DNA of 56,564 bases, the filler included, from Dugesia japonica (taxonomy: Eukaryota): the NCBI GenBank assembly GCA_001938525.1. It is 5 parts of 5 records of this genome, joined end to end, with 100 filler letters (N's around TTAATTAATTAA, not from the genome) between each part and the next. Parts side by side here need not be neighbours in the genome. Positions count along the whole stretch, not along the records: positions 37,984 to 46,951 come from MQRL01639544.1; positions 47,052 to 56,564 come from MQRL01584865.1; 3 more parts are not named here. One strand, 5' to 3'. Shown here piece by piece: positions 38,311 through 51,032 of this stretch (positions within the stretch are counted from its first letter, which is position 1; each line of letters starts with the position of its first letter). The notes beneath the pieces were generated by a model, which was not told where the DNA came from, ran no database searches, and saw only the letters and a list, made by a program, of their open reading frames with translations. The translations under genes were made by a program, and so were the position numbers.

Positions 38311-38450
38311 TGTATGACTCATCCGATGAGTCATTGTCTTTGTTCTACAGGACCGATGACTCATCATGATGAGTCATGGTCTTAGTTCTAACCGGCNATG
38401 ACTCATCAGCATGACTCATTTCTTTGTTACAAAAAATGATGAGTCATACA
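38311..38450. repeat. 42-bp-period palindromic array with seven ATGA(C/G)TCAT motifs and inverted ends
   Basis: Motifs start at 38314, 38326, 38356, 38369, 38398, 38411 and 38439. Ends are TGTATGACTCATC / GATGAGTCATACA. Confidence 0.85.
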
Positions 38451-38949
38451 AATTTTTCATAATCATTATTTAATATAATTTAGCTAATTACTATTTGTAT
38501 GTAGTTTATAAGCGACTAATATTTCTTAGTGATCTAGTGCGCTACTATCTACCTACTAATATGCAACAATGAATGTATGAAATAACTACTCTTGGAAAAT
38601 TTTGCACAAACACATACGCTGCTTACAAAACAATTACAATAACTAAGCAAACTGTTTCTAACCTTTTAAATTAATTGGCTTAGCTCCAAAAAGAAAGCTT
38701 GGTTTCACACAAACTCACTCAATCAAACAAAAATCACTGAAAGTGAATCTGTATTTATCCACTCAATATATGGCATTGAAAGTCGTTCTTGTGATAAAAC
38801 GTGAGTNNNNNNNNNNNNNNNNNNNNNNNNNNNNNNNNNNNNNNNNNNNNNNNNNNNNNNNNNNNNNNNNNNCATCAGCATTGGTCATAAAACCCAATTG
38901 TTTCGTAAAAAGATAATGCTCTGCTTCTGGTGGTAAATTAAGGGCGTTC

Positions 38950-39030
38950 AATATTATAAGCTATTGGAACCCAGTGAAATAGTTACTGCTGATTTATACC
39001 AAGACCAACTAATGATTTTACAATAAAATG
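38950..39030 (+). mobile_element. Short mariner transposase fragment
   Basis: YYKLLEPSEIVTADLYQDQL. Confidence 0.6.
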
Positions 39031-41125
39031 ATCAAAAAAAACAAATTTCACATGTGTCTTCGTACGTTTGCATTCATCTACATTTGAATTCTGATATTAA
39101 TGATCCGATGAGTTTTCCAAATTCATCTAACAATCCAATTACATAATTTGTGTGCAAAATATTCTTTCTCAACTAAATACACAGAGAAAATATGGACACA
39201 AATACGTTATATTATGCAAATTTGAAATTCCCAACTGAAAACACGGGGATTAAGTTGCATTGCATCATAAATCCTAAGGGGGGATTAGGATTTATGTCAG
39301 TGAGCCACTATCGATCTACTGTTCGTTGTTCTTATTAAGAAGAACTTCTTGAATAAATATGTTGACTTTGAACTTTTTAAAACTTTAATTTATTTTAATT
39401 TATTCTTAATATTCAACGTTTTATTGATTTTTCACTGAAATATTTTTTTTAAAACTTTTAAATATCAATATTGCCTTTATAAAATTTGTTTAGTTGGGAC
39501 TATATAATTTCCTATATTTGATGTACTGATATTATAATAATAATCATAATAATAACCGAATAAAAATAATACAAAATACAGAATTTTAAGAAAAGAATAA
39601 TACAATTAATAGAAAATCTAATCACTAAATTTTCTCTGAATTAATATATAATTACAGTATATATTCCATTAGCATGGGACCCTTGAAAAATTTGGCGTAC
39701 GAAAGTTTAGTTTGAAATTAAAAATATGAAACAAAANNNAAATTTATTGATTTTCTAAAATTTTTATAGAAAATTGAATAATTTTATAAAAATAGAAATT
39801 GTAATAAATAAACTTTGTAAATATTATAAAAATAGAAAACTTTACCAGTAAATTTTATAAATATTTTTAATTTTCTATGAATTATTATAATGTGCATGCA
39901 TACTTCTCTAGTATAAATAGAGAGCTTAATTTCATTTTTATTACCCTCATTTTAAATTCTTTTATAAGGTCTAAAACNNNNNNNNNNNNNNNNTAAAGAA
40001 TAAAAATATTAACCTGAGAAACTTTGTAAATTATTGTTGAACTTTAATAAAACCTTTTAAGTAATTACATTATTTATTTGCATAAGGAATACTATTTAGT
40101 TATTTATACGATATTGCTATATTTATATTAATCATATTTAGGAAAGTCAAATATAAAATATATTCGGATTTCATATTCAAATTTCTTACGAAACTAAACT
40201 CACGATCTTGTTGATTTGCCTTTANNNNNNNNNNNNNNNNNNNNNNNNNNNNNNNNNNNNNNNNNNNNNNNNNNNNNNNAAATATTACCAATTTCGACCG
40301 TCAGCGCCGTATGGATTCCTGCATGACACTGATTTCATAACAGTGACTACATCATTAATTGGCATAAGCCATCTGCTAGTTTAATTCATTTTATTAATAA
40401 TAAAACTTGTTTGTTTATAAATAACAAAAATATTGCGGAAACTTTCTTTCCAAACTAATATAATATGTGATATGAAATCAGATTTATTTTTAAAAAATAT
40501 TTATTAAATAAATCCCATAATAGAGAATATTTTTATATTTACTACTTTCAGGTTTTCATTTGTAGAAAATATTATTTTGTTTTAGAAATTCAAGAAATTT
40601 ATATTTTATAGGCTAGTTAATTTAATTTAACAATTAATTTTCGATTTTTTTCTTTANNNNNNNNNNNNNNNNNNNNNNNNNNNNNTTTCTAAGTCTTTCA
40701 TTGTTAATATCTCACAATTTATCAAGCAATTCAACTTATTTAAACAAAAATTATTTAACAGTCAAAATCATTTTACTGTTTACGTTTTCACTGAAGACAT
40801 TTTCCAATCTGCGTGGACTAATCGAGGTGGAGATAACATCTCATTTCCTTCAGAATGTTTTAATCAAAATACTTATAAAAATATTAATGAATTCTCTCAT
40901 CTCTTTAAAATGAAAATGTTTTGTTTTCTACAAGACGCTCTGATGTAGATTTCAGATAATAACCAAACATTAATATTTTTATAGACAATTTATAAATATT
41001 ATTAAATGAATATATTTTTCTGTTTTCATTCATTGTCAGATGAATAAATTTCTACAGTGTTTCGTGTTTTAGTTTCAAGCTAAACAAGTATCGAAAGCCA
41101 ATAAACTAATTTAGTAATAATAAAA

Positions 41126-41127
41126 TA

Positions 41128-41187
<60 letters not shown>

Positions 41188-41249
41188 NNNNNNNNNNNNN
41201 NNNNNNNNNNNNNNNNNNNNNNNNNNNNNNNNNNNNNAATAATAATAAT
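41126..41249. repeat. (AAT)n microsatellite spanning a gap
   Basis: Perfect AAT units on both sides of the Ns. Confidence 0.95.
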
Positions 41250-41860
41250 GTTGAGGTGAAACATCAGAGGAAGGGCTAATAAAAAAACTAGGGGGCCCAA
41301 AATAAATGGGGTTTAGTTCAATTAATAATAGTAAAATCAGAATTAAATAAAAATTAATTCCCAATTAATTTAAACAAGAAATAACCCAAATGACTGGAAA
41401 ATAAAGAAAATAAATTTCTTATTAATTTTTATTAATTCAATTTCTCCTTTAATAACGCAAAAATAAAATCATCAAACAGCTGGAAACCGTCTACAAAAAG
41501 CAATTGTCTATTGCGAACACTGTCGCGAATATATATTTCAACGAAGTAGCTTTCCTAACACAATACATTGCAGGTGTATTTGCTAGGCGTAGCGCTCTTG
41601 CAATCAACAGTGGGACGACCGAGATGATGAAGACGCCTTCAACTTTAGTGCCGACCTATTGAACTAACCATAATTAGCACTTCAGTGAATAAATAAATGT
41701 TTCATCTGTACAATTCTTACTGTGTTGTCCCTTTATAAGTAATAAGTAAGAGGAACGATTGAACCCAAACCAAAGTAATGCGGACAAGTACTCCAACTAC
41801 GGCCTGTGGATCACCGGTCATATTCCGAAGAACTAGCACAGGGGCGTTAGGTTAAATACT
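41249..41860. mobile_element. Possible LTR-like non-coding repeat
   Basis: Starts TGTTG right at the microsatellite edge, is GC-richer and contains AATAAA. No partner copy or TSD seen. Confidence 0.3.
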
Positions 41861-41929
41861 TCGATGGGTTCTACTGGATTTCAATTTTTTTCCATAATTG
41901 CTTTGCTTCTCTTGAATATCTACTTAACA

Positions 41930-43245
41930 TACTGGTTTTTTATTTTCCACTTTTGGGATCCTCGTGTGACATTAGACAGAGTGCACATGTATCGCATTTA
42001 CTCCTTGACAACATATCAGCATTTGTATGAAGCGATCCTTTTCTATATTCCAATTTTATATCTAAACTACTCAAATAATTAATCCAGGTTTGAAACTGTG
42101 ATGTNNNNNNNNNNNNNNNNNNNNNNNNNNNNNNNNNNNNNNNNNNNNNNNNNNNNNNNNNNNNNNNNNNNNNNNNNNNNNNNNNNNNNNNNNNNNNNNN
42201 NNNNNNNNNNNNNNNGAGAAATTCTTTCCGCGTAGTGCAATATCCTTTCTCATGACTCGTCTCTTCTTGGATCTTCATTTTCTATTATGCTCTCAGAAAA
42301 GATCTCTTCATTCTCATCATCATCCTCTTCTAGAATGGCATGTATTTATTTGGAGCAACTCTATACTTTTGTTTGTTTTCCACTTTTAAAAATATATCTT
42401 TTCTCTTTTAGTCTTCGTTTGTTATTGTTCGAATAACATTCTTCTGCTCTGTGATCTGGTTATTTACATCTACCGCATACAATTTTTGAGCATAATTTTC
42501 TGATGTGACCAATCTTACAACACCGAAAACATTTTAGAGGCTTCTTATCTGGACAATTTCTACGTAAATGTCTTTTCTTGTGGCAAGTCCAGCATTCCAC
42601 TTGTCAAGTTTTTGGACACTCTCTTTTTGTGTACCCATAACTATGGCATGTCCAACACTGTGCTTCTGTTCTTTTCGTAACTCCTCTCCACATGTTACTC
42701 CGCGTAAATCTTTACAACGTTAATAAGTTTTTTCTTTATATTTTTTCAACTAGTGATAGTGTTTCTTTTATATCTTCTACTTTCTCAAATTTCCGCACGA
42801 TTATCTCTTCTTCTGATTTTTACTGTTTGCACAAATTATTAGCATTTTTTTAACAAGAGACTTTCTTTTGTCAGCTCTCCATTTGCTAAACATTTATTGA
42901 CTAAATNCTCCACCTTTTTAAAAAAAAACACTTCAAGTTTTTCATCACCACGTCGATAGCTTACAAAGTTCTGCAAATATTTTTTTTAATCTCTTTTCTC
43001 TTGAAAGCTAATCGCAATCTTTCTTGATATCCATCCGCTTTCTTCAATGTTTTCACATATGCCTCTATTTATTTTTCATCACGCATTCATGTTATCAAGC
43101 GCCCCTTGTCTGTCTTAATAACGATGTTCTTCGCCTCGGTGTATATTTCACACAATTTAATAAACTTTTCTAGATCATCGCCTTTGCAAAATAACTTTGA
43201 CAACAATCTCTCTGTGATCGCATTGGTGTTTCCCGCTTCCACCAT
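41930..43245 (-). mobile_element. Gypsy deletion derivative: gag with four zinc knuckles joined to RNase H end
   Basis: MVEAGNTNAITERLLSKLFCKGDDLEKFI; knuckles CWTCHSYGY..EC, CWTCHKKRH..NC, CFRCCKIGH..LC and CGRCK*PDH..EC; then EKGYCTTRKEFL..WINYLSSLDIKLEYRKG..NADMLSR. Confidence 0.85.
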
Positions 43246-43559
43246 GTTAGATAAACTTTGAAGGACTTAATGAATAATTAATGTCAAAACTCGTTTCCTT
43301 AAAAGATTTATTCACAAAACAAAAACTATAAATATAAATTTGTTTTTTTCAAAAAAATTAAAAAATTTATATTCGTAACGGAAATAATCAAATATCAGTA
43401 TTTTGTAAAATATTTTTTTAAAAATTTTAATAATGTAAAATCTTAAAAATACACTCCAATCCTAAAATCTATTTTTCCCAAATGGTTTCTTAAATCTTTC
43501 CCTCGTCTTGTCTATTCAATGTTACCAAATACACATCTTTAGTACATTGTTCTATCATT

Positions 43560-44760
43560 CATAAAATTTATTTTGTCTTTTTTAACGCCTTGTAAAGGTC
43601 AATGACTTTTTATTCGAAATGAAAAAAACTTCTTTGTTTCTTCAGATCTTTCTTCCCTACAATAATAACTATCTGACCATCATGTTGATTCACGCGTTGA
43701 CACTGTATTAGCTTTGGTTTTCTGACATAACAAATAACTCTTAATAACCTTTGTTCTCTCCACCAAGCCATTTCCCTTTTTAAATAATTCCAGGGTTTTT
43801 TTATTCCTGTGGAATATAACTGATAGTGCATTTCTCTGATCGTCTCCTTCCTCATCTCTTAAGAAATTTCATCTTTTACATACAATACTTCACTCTTTCT
43901 TATTAACAACTAATATCATCTTCTCTAATTCCATTCAGCTTCTTCGTCTTTAATTATGTTTTCTTTGCCTCTTCTTGAATCATTTAACATTGAATACACG
44001 ACTTTAATTTTAGCCTATTCAACAAATCAGCATTGATAAAGTAGACAACTTTACGATATTTCAAACTTATGTCTAAGCTACTTAAAAAGTTTATCCACGT
44101 TTGAAACTGTGCCGCCATCGGTATTTTTGTATTCAACATACATGTAATAGCATTATGATTTTTCCTTAAAACAAATATATTGTAATACAAGTAATGTTTA
44201 AAGTGTATTCTGAAATAATAGACCGCCAGCAATTCTTTCCTAATAGTATAATATACATTTTTGTCTTTAAACACAGAATGAAAATCATATGCAATCACTT
44301 TTCCCCCTTTTTATTTATATGTGACAACACCGCTCAAATTGGTTTAAACCTTGCGTCCGTATCCAGAATGAACGTTTTCTCCAAATCTGGAAAACCTAAA
44401 ATTGGGGTAGATGTTATAGCCATCTTTGATACTTTAAATATTTCTCTCAATTTTACTGACCATACTAATTTGGAGTTTCAGGGACCACTACAGAATTGCT
44501 CCAATTATTTGATCTTCTATGCTTATTCTTTGATAAACTTCCTGTAGTCGTTGCAAATGCCTAAAATACTACGAGGCCTCTTAACGTATTTAGGTTTTCC
44601 GTACAACTTAATCGTTTCTATCTTAGTTTATTTGTCTTTACAACTTTTCCTTTTGAAAAAAGGACGTTTTTCTGAATTAATTCGTAATCATGCTTGCAAA
44701 GTTTTTGTCAACATCTTCTCAATCACTTCATAGCGTTCATCTTTTCGAAAATTATAATTG
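43560..44760 (-). pseudogene. pol: Gypsy pol remnant (RT connection, RNase H, integrase start)
   Basis: LRSILGICNDYRKFIK, PILGFPDLEKTFILDTDA, TIRKELLAVYY..HFKHYL, WINFLSSLDI, NADLLNR. Confidence 0.85.
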
Positions 44761-44867
44761 ATCTCTTATTTAGACTAACATAAAAATGAAAANNNNNNNN
44801 NNNNNNNNNNNNNNNNNNNNNNNNNNNNNNNNNNNNNNNNNNNNNNNNNNNNNNNNNNNNNNNNNNN

Positions 44868-45611
44868 GTAAGTTTTAATCTATGTATGGTGGAGCGTTGG
44901 TTTGAACAATTTCTTAAAAATGAGGGTTGAGACAGTCATTGACGATTAAAAAAGATAATCTACGCCGATCCATTCCAAAGCACCATAAAAGTTGCAGAGG
45001 AACTCAAATTCGATAATTTTACGGTATTTCTACATTTATTGATACATTTATTTATATAATGATATGCAATGAGAAATTGATATTATTGTACAATTGGTGA
45101 CGTTAGACACAATGGTTGGATCATGATAAAACTCCTTAGCATTTACAAAAGCCATATTTACACTAAATAAACAGGATCTAGACTAAATCTTATTTTAAAG
45201 TTTTAACCATTGATCTGTAAAATAACGGAATAAACAATTTTATCTAAAATAAAATGTTTTATAAGCAAAAGATCAAATTATTTTTTCTTCTTTTTTCAAT
45301 TAATATTAACCTTAAAATAACAACTCAAATTAAATTAATTTGATTAAATTTAAAAAAGAACAACAACAATTTTGATCTAACAGACTTTCATTTTTTTAAG
45401 CACCCAGATAACGTTCTCCAGCAAATGTGCTTTAAAAACCAAGCTGATGACGAAACGGATTTGTATGAGTTCCTTGGTTCTAGAAATTCAGACGTTTACT
45501 TAACGGGTATCAATAAACTTGTTACACTTTTGCTAAAATGTATTGAATTTGTTGGTTTTTATTTTGATTAATAAAGTTTTAAGGTGACATTATTTTTGCA
45601 CAAATCTAATA
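44868..45611 (+). mobile_element. Decayed mariner (related to 2413-3198)
   Basis: VERWF, ADPFQSTIKVAEEL, QWLDHDKTP, TDFHFFKH..CFKNQ..GINKLV..KCIE..YFD*. Right TIR TTTTTGCACAAATCTAATA. Confidence 0.8.
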
Positions 45612-46083
45612 ATTAAATGGAAACACATTGACTCCTTGTCACCGTGTTATTTATTACACTTCATATATATATTAGCGATGAAATACAATTAACATGTTTT
45701 GGTGATGCATGGCTAAATCCGCCCTTTTTTTGTCGACGTATATACAAATGATGCCTGCATTCTTTATTATTAAAAGATACCTTTAGTTAGTACATCGTGT
45801 ACTAACGCATTAATTAGAAAAGGTTGTAACATCTTAGATAGCATTTAAGTTGATTTCCTGTTCGATTTTAATTTCCCAGAGCAGCATTAAAAATTAATTT
45901 AAAAGTGTTTCTGAGNNNNNNNNNNNNNNNNNNNNNNNNNNNNNNNNNNNNNNNNNNNNNNNNNNNNNNNNNNNNNNNNNNNNNNNNNNNNNNNNNNNNA
46001 TTTAAAATTATTGAAATAAATACTACAATCCAAGAAGTAAAGCCTGAGAACCTATGAATAAATAAAGTGATAATTTGTATATA

Positions 46084-46353
46084 CAGACATTTTTCGTATA
46101 ACGCGGAGGTTACGTTCCAGAAAAATTTCGCGATATGTAAGACTTAGCTTTCATATAAAGTAAAGGGTTATGTTTCATATCTTTGTTCCTAAGAAAATAC
46201 TAAATTAAACAATTTCAAGTCAAATTTATAATTTAAAAAAAAATTTTATTTTAAATAATTTATTTAAAATAATTTTAAAAATAGGATTAATCAAGAATTT
46301 ACACAATTTTTAAATAGCGTTGTAAGAGTACCCCGTTATACGAGGGATACCTA
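46084..46353. mobile_element. ~270-bp pogo/Tigger-like MITE
   Basis: TA-CAGACATTTTTCGTATAACGCGG ... CCCCGTTATACGAGGGATACCTA-TA imperfect TIRs. Confidence 0.6.
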
Positions 46354-46951
46354 TAATATAAAGATGTGAGGGTAATTATAATTATAGGCGTATTTAGGAT
46401 AAATATTTTTCATTTTAACTATCGTTTGACTATCGAAAAACATTTATTTTCATTATGAATAGAATTTTTAAATAAAATATTTTTACCAACTTTTATTGCT
46501 TAACAATTTTAATTAATTTAATTTAAATTACAAATCAAAATTTAAATTTAAAACTAAATTTCAAAACTTTTCAATTAATTTTTATTTTCTTTTTACAAAA
46601 TTTAGATTCACAGTAAAATCTTGTTTTTTTTTTAATTGTTTTAACTTCTAATTTATATTTCAAATACTTTAATAATTAATGGAGATCAACAATGAGAAAA
46701 ATTGAACACCATTTTACTAAATTAAAACAATTAAAAATAATAATTAACCATTATATTTTTTGATTGCCCACCAAGTATTAACAACTGCTTACTGAAATGG
46801 TGATCACACCAGTGAACATAATATATCAGCAAACTAAAATTCCTGACTTAAAGATTTATAACAATTAGTTCGACCAAGAAAAACAATTAAAATAATTGAT
46901 GGGAAAATCTTACAAAATTTGAAAATTTCATAGTTAACTGGTTTTTATACG

Positions 46952-47051
46952 NNNNNNNNNNNNNNNNNNNNNNNNNNNNNNNNNNNNNNNNNNNNTTAAT
47001 TAATTAANNNNNNNNNNNNNNNNNNNNNNNNNNNNNNNNNNNNNNNNNNNN
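46952..47051. other. Artificial scaffold-joining spacer
   Basis: 44N-TTAATTAATTAA-44N. Confidence 0.95.
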
Positions 47052-47409
47052 TTTTACAATAATTATGCGATAGAAGAAACTCGAAACTAATCGTTTGATT
47101 GACGTTTTCATTTCATAATAATATTAACAAATGGCCTATAAAATATTCACATTTTAAAATTTATTCAGAAGCCACATTTTCATCGATTTGTATTCAAAAT
47201 TGAACTTTGGCATGAATTAGATAATAATAATAATAATAATAGCATATAATTGTACTCTTGAAAATTTTTAATTTTTAGAAACGGTAATGTCATTTAATAA
47301 AAATAAATTTATAATTAGAAATATTAATAAAATAAACTTTTTCACTATTTTTTTAATATTAAATAAATTTTTAATATGAAATGAGAAACATAATCACAAT
47401 TAACAAAAT

Positions 47410-49160
47410 AACTTATTAAGTGTATTGAATGAATTGAGCTGAGATCATTGCATGTTTTTAACTTATTAAGTGTATTTGGTTTATGGGTTAGTGTTTTTTG
47501 GATTATTCTGTGAATTTAGCTTCTAGGGTGTATTGAATTTAGTGGATTGTATTGACTTTATGAATTGATTTTTTGAATTTGTATTGGTTTTATGAATTTG
47601 GTTTATTAATTGTATTTAGTTTATCTAACTTCTTGAGTGTAATTTTGGTTTATTAATTGTATTTAGCCTATTTTTTGGAGTGTAGTAAATTTGAATTATT
47701 TAGCAATTTAATTAATTATTTAATTAAGTTTATTAAGCGTATTCACTGGATTAATCAGGCGTATCGGGTTTGTGTGTAGTTTTGAGTGATTTTGGTTTAT
47801 TAAGTGTAATTAGCTTCTGGAGTATATTTAACTTCTTAGCTTTACAGACTTTGAGTGTATTAAACTTGTTAAATGTATTTTGTTTATTCTGTGTATTTAG
47901 CTTCTTTTTTGGATTGTAGAAAATTTTAATTATTTCGCAATTGAATTAATGATTTAATTAAGTTTATTAAGTGTATTGATTGGTTTAATCAGGTGTAATA
48001 AGTTTAAGTGGAGTTTTGAGTGTTTTTGGTTTATAAGTGTAGTTAGTTTCTTGAGTATGTTTAACTTAATAACTTTATATGTATTAAGCTTATTAACTGT
48101 ATTTTGTTTATTCTATGTAGTTAGTTTCTAGAGTGTATTGAATTTAGTAAATTTTATTGACTTTATAAGTGTATTTAGTTCATTAAATGTATTTAGCTTC
48201 TTTTTAAAGTGAATGGAAAAAGAATTATTTTACAATTTAATTAATTTTTTACTTTTAGCTAATTAAGTGTATTGATTGGATTTATCACAAGTATTAGGTT
48301 AATTTGAAGTTTTAGTGTTTTTTTTGGTTTAAATCTGTTTAGCTTGTTTGACATCTTAAGTGTATTTTGGTTTATAATATGTTTTGGGTTTAATTATTGT
48401 ATTAAGCTCCTTTATTAAAATTATTTAGCAATTTAATTAATTATTTAATTAATGGTTTTGTTAGGTGTATTAATTGGATTAATAACGTGTATTAGGTTTG
48501 TTTGAAGTTTTGAGTGTTTTTGGTTTATTACGTGTACTTGGCTTATTCTGTATATTTAGCTTCTAGAGAAGATGCTGGCAACCGATGACACGCGTGTCAC
48601 GAAGTGACCTGTTTGATGATTTTAAGTGACTTCTTTGAGTTCTGTAAAAGTTATTTTGTTTTTTTATTATTTGTATATACGCCTGATAACATGTTGTCGT
48701 GCTACGACAAGACAACTTATATTGTTATAAGGAACAAAATATTAACCTCGCATTGCCGTTCTGGGACTGTCCTGATCTATCAACAGAGGGACATTCGCCG
48801 ATGTCACTTGGACACAGATCGTCAACGCTTGATCTTGATCGCCCCAAGAGAATAATCTTTGAGTTGATTTAAAAAAATAGCAAAAAGATTTTTTATTAAT
48901 GTAAATACCCAATAATGACCCGAACAGTATACTTACTTGTCACATTTTTTTAACTTGGACCTGCAGCTAAAAGAGGTTGCTAACTATTGTTCTAAAAAGT
49001 TTTGAATTTAGTGGATTCTATTGTTTTATGAGTGTATTGAGTTTATTAAGTGTATTTATCTTTTTGAGTATGTTAAGCTTATTAAATATATTGACTTTAT
49101 GAATGTATTAAGCTTAATAATAATATTTGGTTCATTAAATGTATTTTATGTTAATTTATG
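47410..49160. repeat. Degenerate ~19-20-bp satellite-like array (TATTAAGTGTATT core), resuming at ~50530-50700
   Basis: Dozens of GTGTATT-(TAGCTTC/TGGTTT/GAATTT) variants with longer recurring blocks. Interrupted by a ~420-bp insert (48570-48990) and by the rosa element. Confidence 0.7.
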
Positions 49161-49323
49161 TTAAGAAATCACATTGTTAAAAATAAAGTTTTATTTTCAA
49201 TGTTAAATACATTAATTTTTTTATAACGTAAATGGTTGAAATATTAAAAATAAGAAATGCGAAACGATCAATTCGCACTAATATTTTAACAATGGAATAA
49301 TGTTAATAAAAACAATTTGTAAA

Positions 49324-50453
49324 ATGTTCACTATTAAATAAAGGGAAAAATAAATTGTATTGTTGATGGTTCAGAAGAATTCAGCAACATTAGTTCAACG
49401 ACATTTAAGAAAAGTCAAATGGAAAAATAAACCTGCGGTGAAGACTTTAACCGACATATTTACATAATTTAAAAAAACTGTCAGTGTTTGCAATATTCAC
49501 AAAACGGAAAGACATTTAATTGATGACAGAAAATGGATAAAATTTGTGATATTTATGAAGAAGCTCCTATGTTGCTAAGGAAGTTGAATGAGGTTTCAAA
49601 ACAGCGCATAATGTACTACGACGTAAACTTCAACTTTTTCCATAAAAAATTCAAATGCTCCATCAGCTGCGTGATGAAAAATTATGCTGAAAGGAAAGGA
49701 ATGTGTCAAACGTTACTTAATGAAATCCACAATGATTCAGCATTTCTATAAAATCTTACTTGCACTGATGAAGCCACTTTTTATTTAAATGGATTTGTCA
49801 ATATACACAATTGCAGAATTTGGGAAACTGGACCGTTTAATGCAATAATCCTACAATGCCATTCCAGTTCAAAGGTTACTGTTTGGATGTGTGTTTCTAT
49901 TTCACGTCTTTATGGTCCCTACTTTTTTCATGAAAATGTGAATGGTTCTAATTATTTAGAGATGCTTAAATCTTAGCTCGTGCTTCAACTTCGTGCCAGA
50001 ACAATATAGAGATTAATTTTTCAACAGGATAGAGCGCCTGCTCATTACTTGCTTCAAGTTAGACATTTTTTGAACACAACATTTCCAGAAAGGTGGATTG
50101 AAAGATGTGGACCATTCAATTGGGCTGCAAGATCACCAGACCTTTCACCAATTGATATCTTTCTTTGGTGATACCTGAAGACAAAGGTTTATACACGAAA
50201 ACCAAAGACGATCCAAGATCTGAAAGATTTAATTGAGGAAGAAGTAGCTAAAGTACCACTGGAAATGTGTTAAAATGTTATGACTTCTTTTTATAATCGT
50301 TTAAAAACTTGTATCAATTTTAATGGATGTTCTGTAGAAAAATATTTAATTTTAATATTTGAAATGTATTGTGTTAAAAATTTGCAGTATTGTTTCAAAT
50401 ACATTTAACAATATAAAATTTTAAAATCTGGTAGTTACTTTTTACACACCCTG
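49324..50453 (+). mobile_element. rosa-type (DD41D) Tc1/mariner transposon, decayed, right TIR present
   Basis: TDEATFYLNGFVNIHNCRIW, KVTVW, GPYFF, FQQDRAPAH, WAARSPDLSPID. 41 residues counted between the 2nd and 3rd Asp. Ends CACACCCTG-TA. Confidence 0.9.
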
Positions 50454-50979
50454 TAGTATAACATACAATGCACATCCTCCCTAAAGAGGTACATTCAACC
50501 TGTACATACGTAGTTTCCGCCATATTAACGTTACTTTATATTAACTATATTGACTTTACGAATGTATTAAGCTTCTTTTTTGAATTATTTGGCAATTTAA
50601 TTACTTATTTAATTAATCATTTAATTAGATTTATTAACTGTACTGGTTTACTAAAGGTTTCTGGCTTATAAACTGTACTTGGCTTATTCTGTGAAATAGA
50701 CGAGTCTGTTAAACTCATTGTTGAATTTAAAAGGACAACACTTCATTTCCAAAATTTATTTTAACACAAGACCACAAAATATAAATTTATCTTTTCAAAT
50801 AAATTCAAAAAATTTATATCTGAAACAAAAATTGGAAAATATTTCTGATACACACACATTTCACATAAAAACTTATAATAATATATTAGATCAAATAAAT
50901 AAAAGATCAGAAAAACAAATCAGGCATTATTAAGAAAAAAAATCAAATTATTATATCAGATAATAACATCAGCATGGAC

Positions 50980-51032
50980 CATGGCGTAGGCAAGGGGGTT
51001 TAGGGGGTTAAACTCCCCCCATTGGCGTAGGG
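50980..51032 (+). mobile_element. Possible hAT-like transposon terminus
   Basis: CATGGCGTAGGCAAGGGGG..GGGGGTTAAACTCCCCCC GC-rich hairpin-like end. No partner end found. Confidence 0.35.

Noticed and set aside
41080-41364. Poly-Leu and poly-Tyr ORFs
   Set aside because: Translations of an (AAT)n microsatellite and Ns.
45445-45457. CTGATGACGAAAC as a hammerhead core
   Set aside because: No stem II, and it lies in the mariner coding frame (QADDET). CTGATGAG at ~1459 and ~2667 is likewise the antisense of the mariner YSSD motif.
50995-51010. Telomere-like GGGTTTAGGG
   Set aside because: Single unit within a GC-rich transposon-end-like hairpin.
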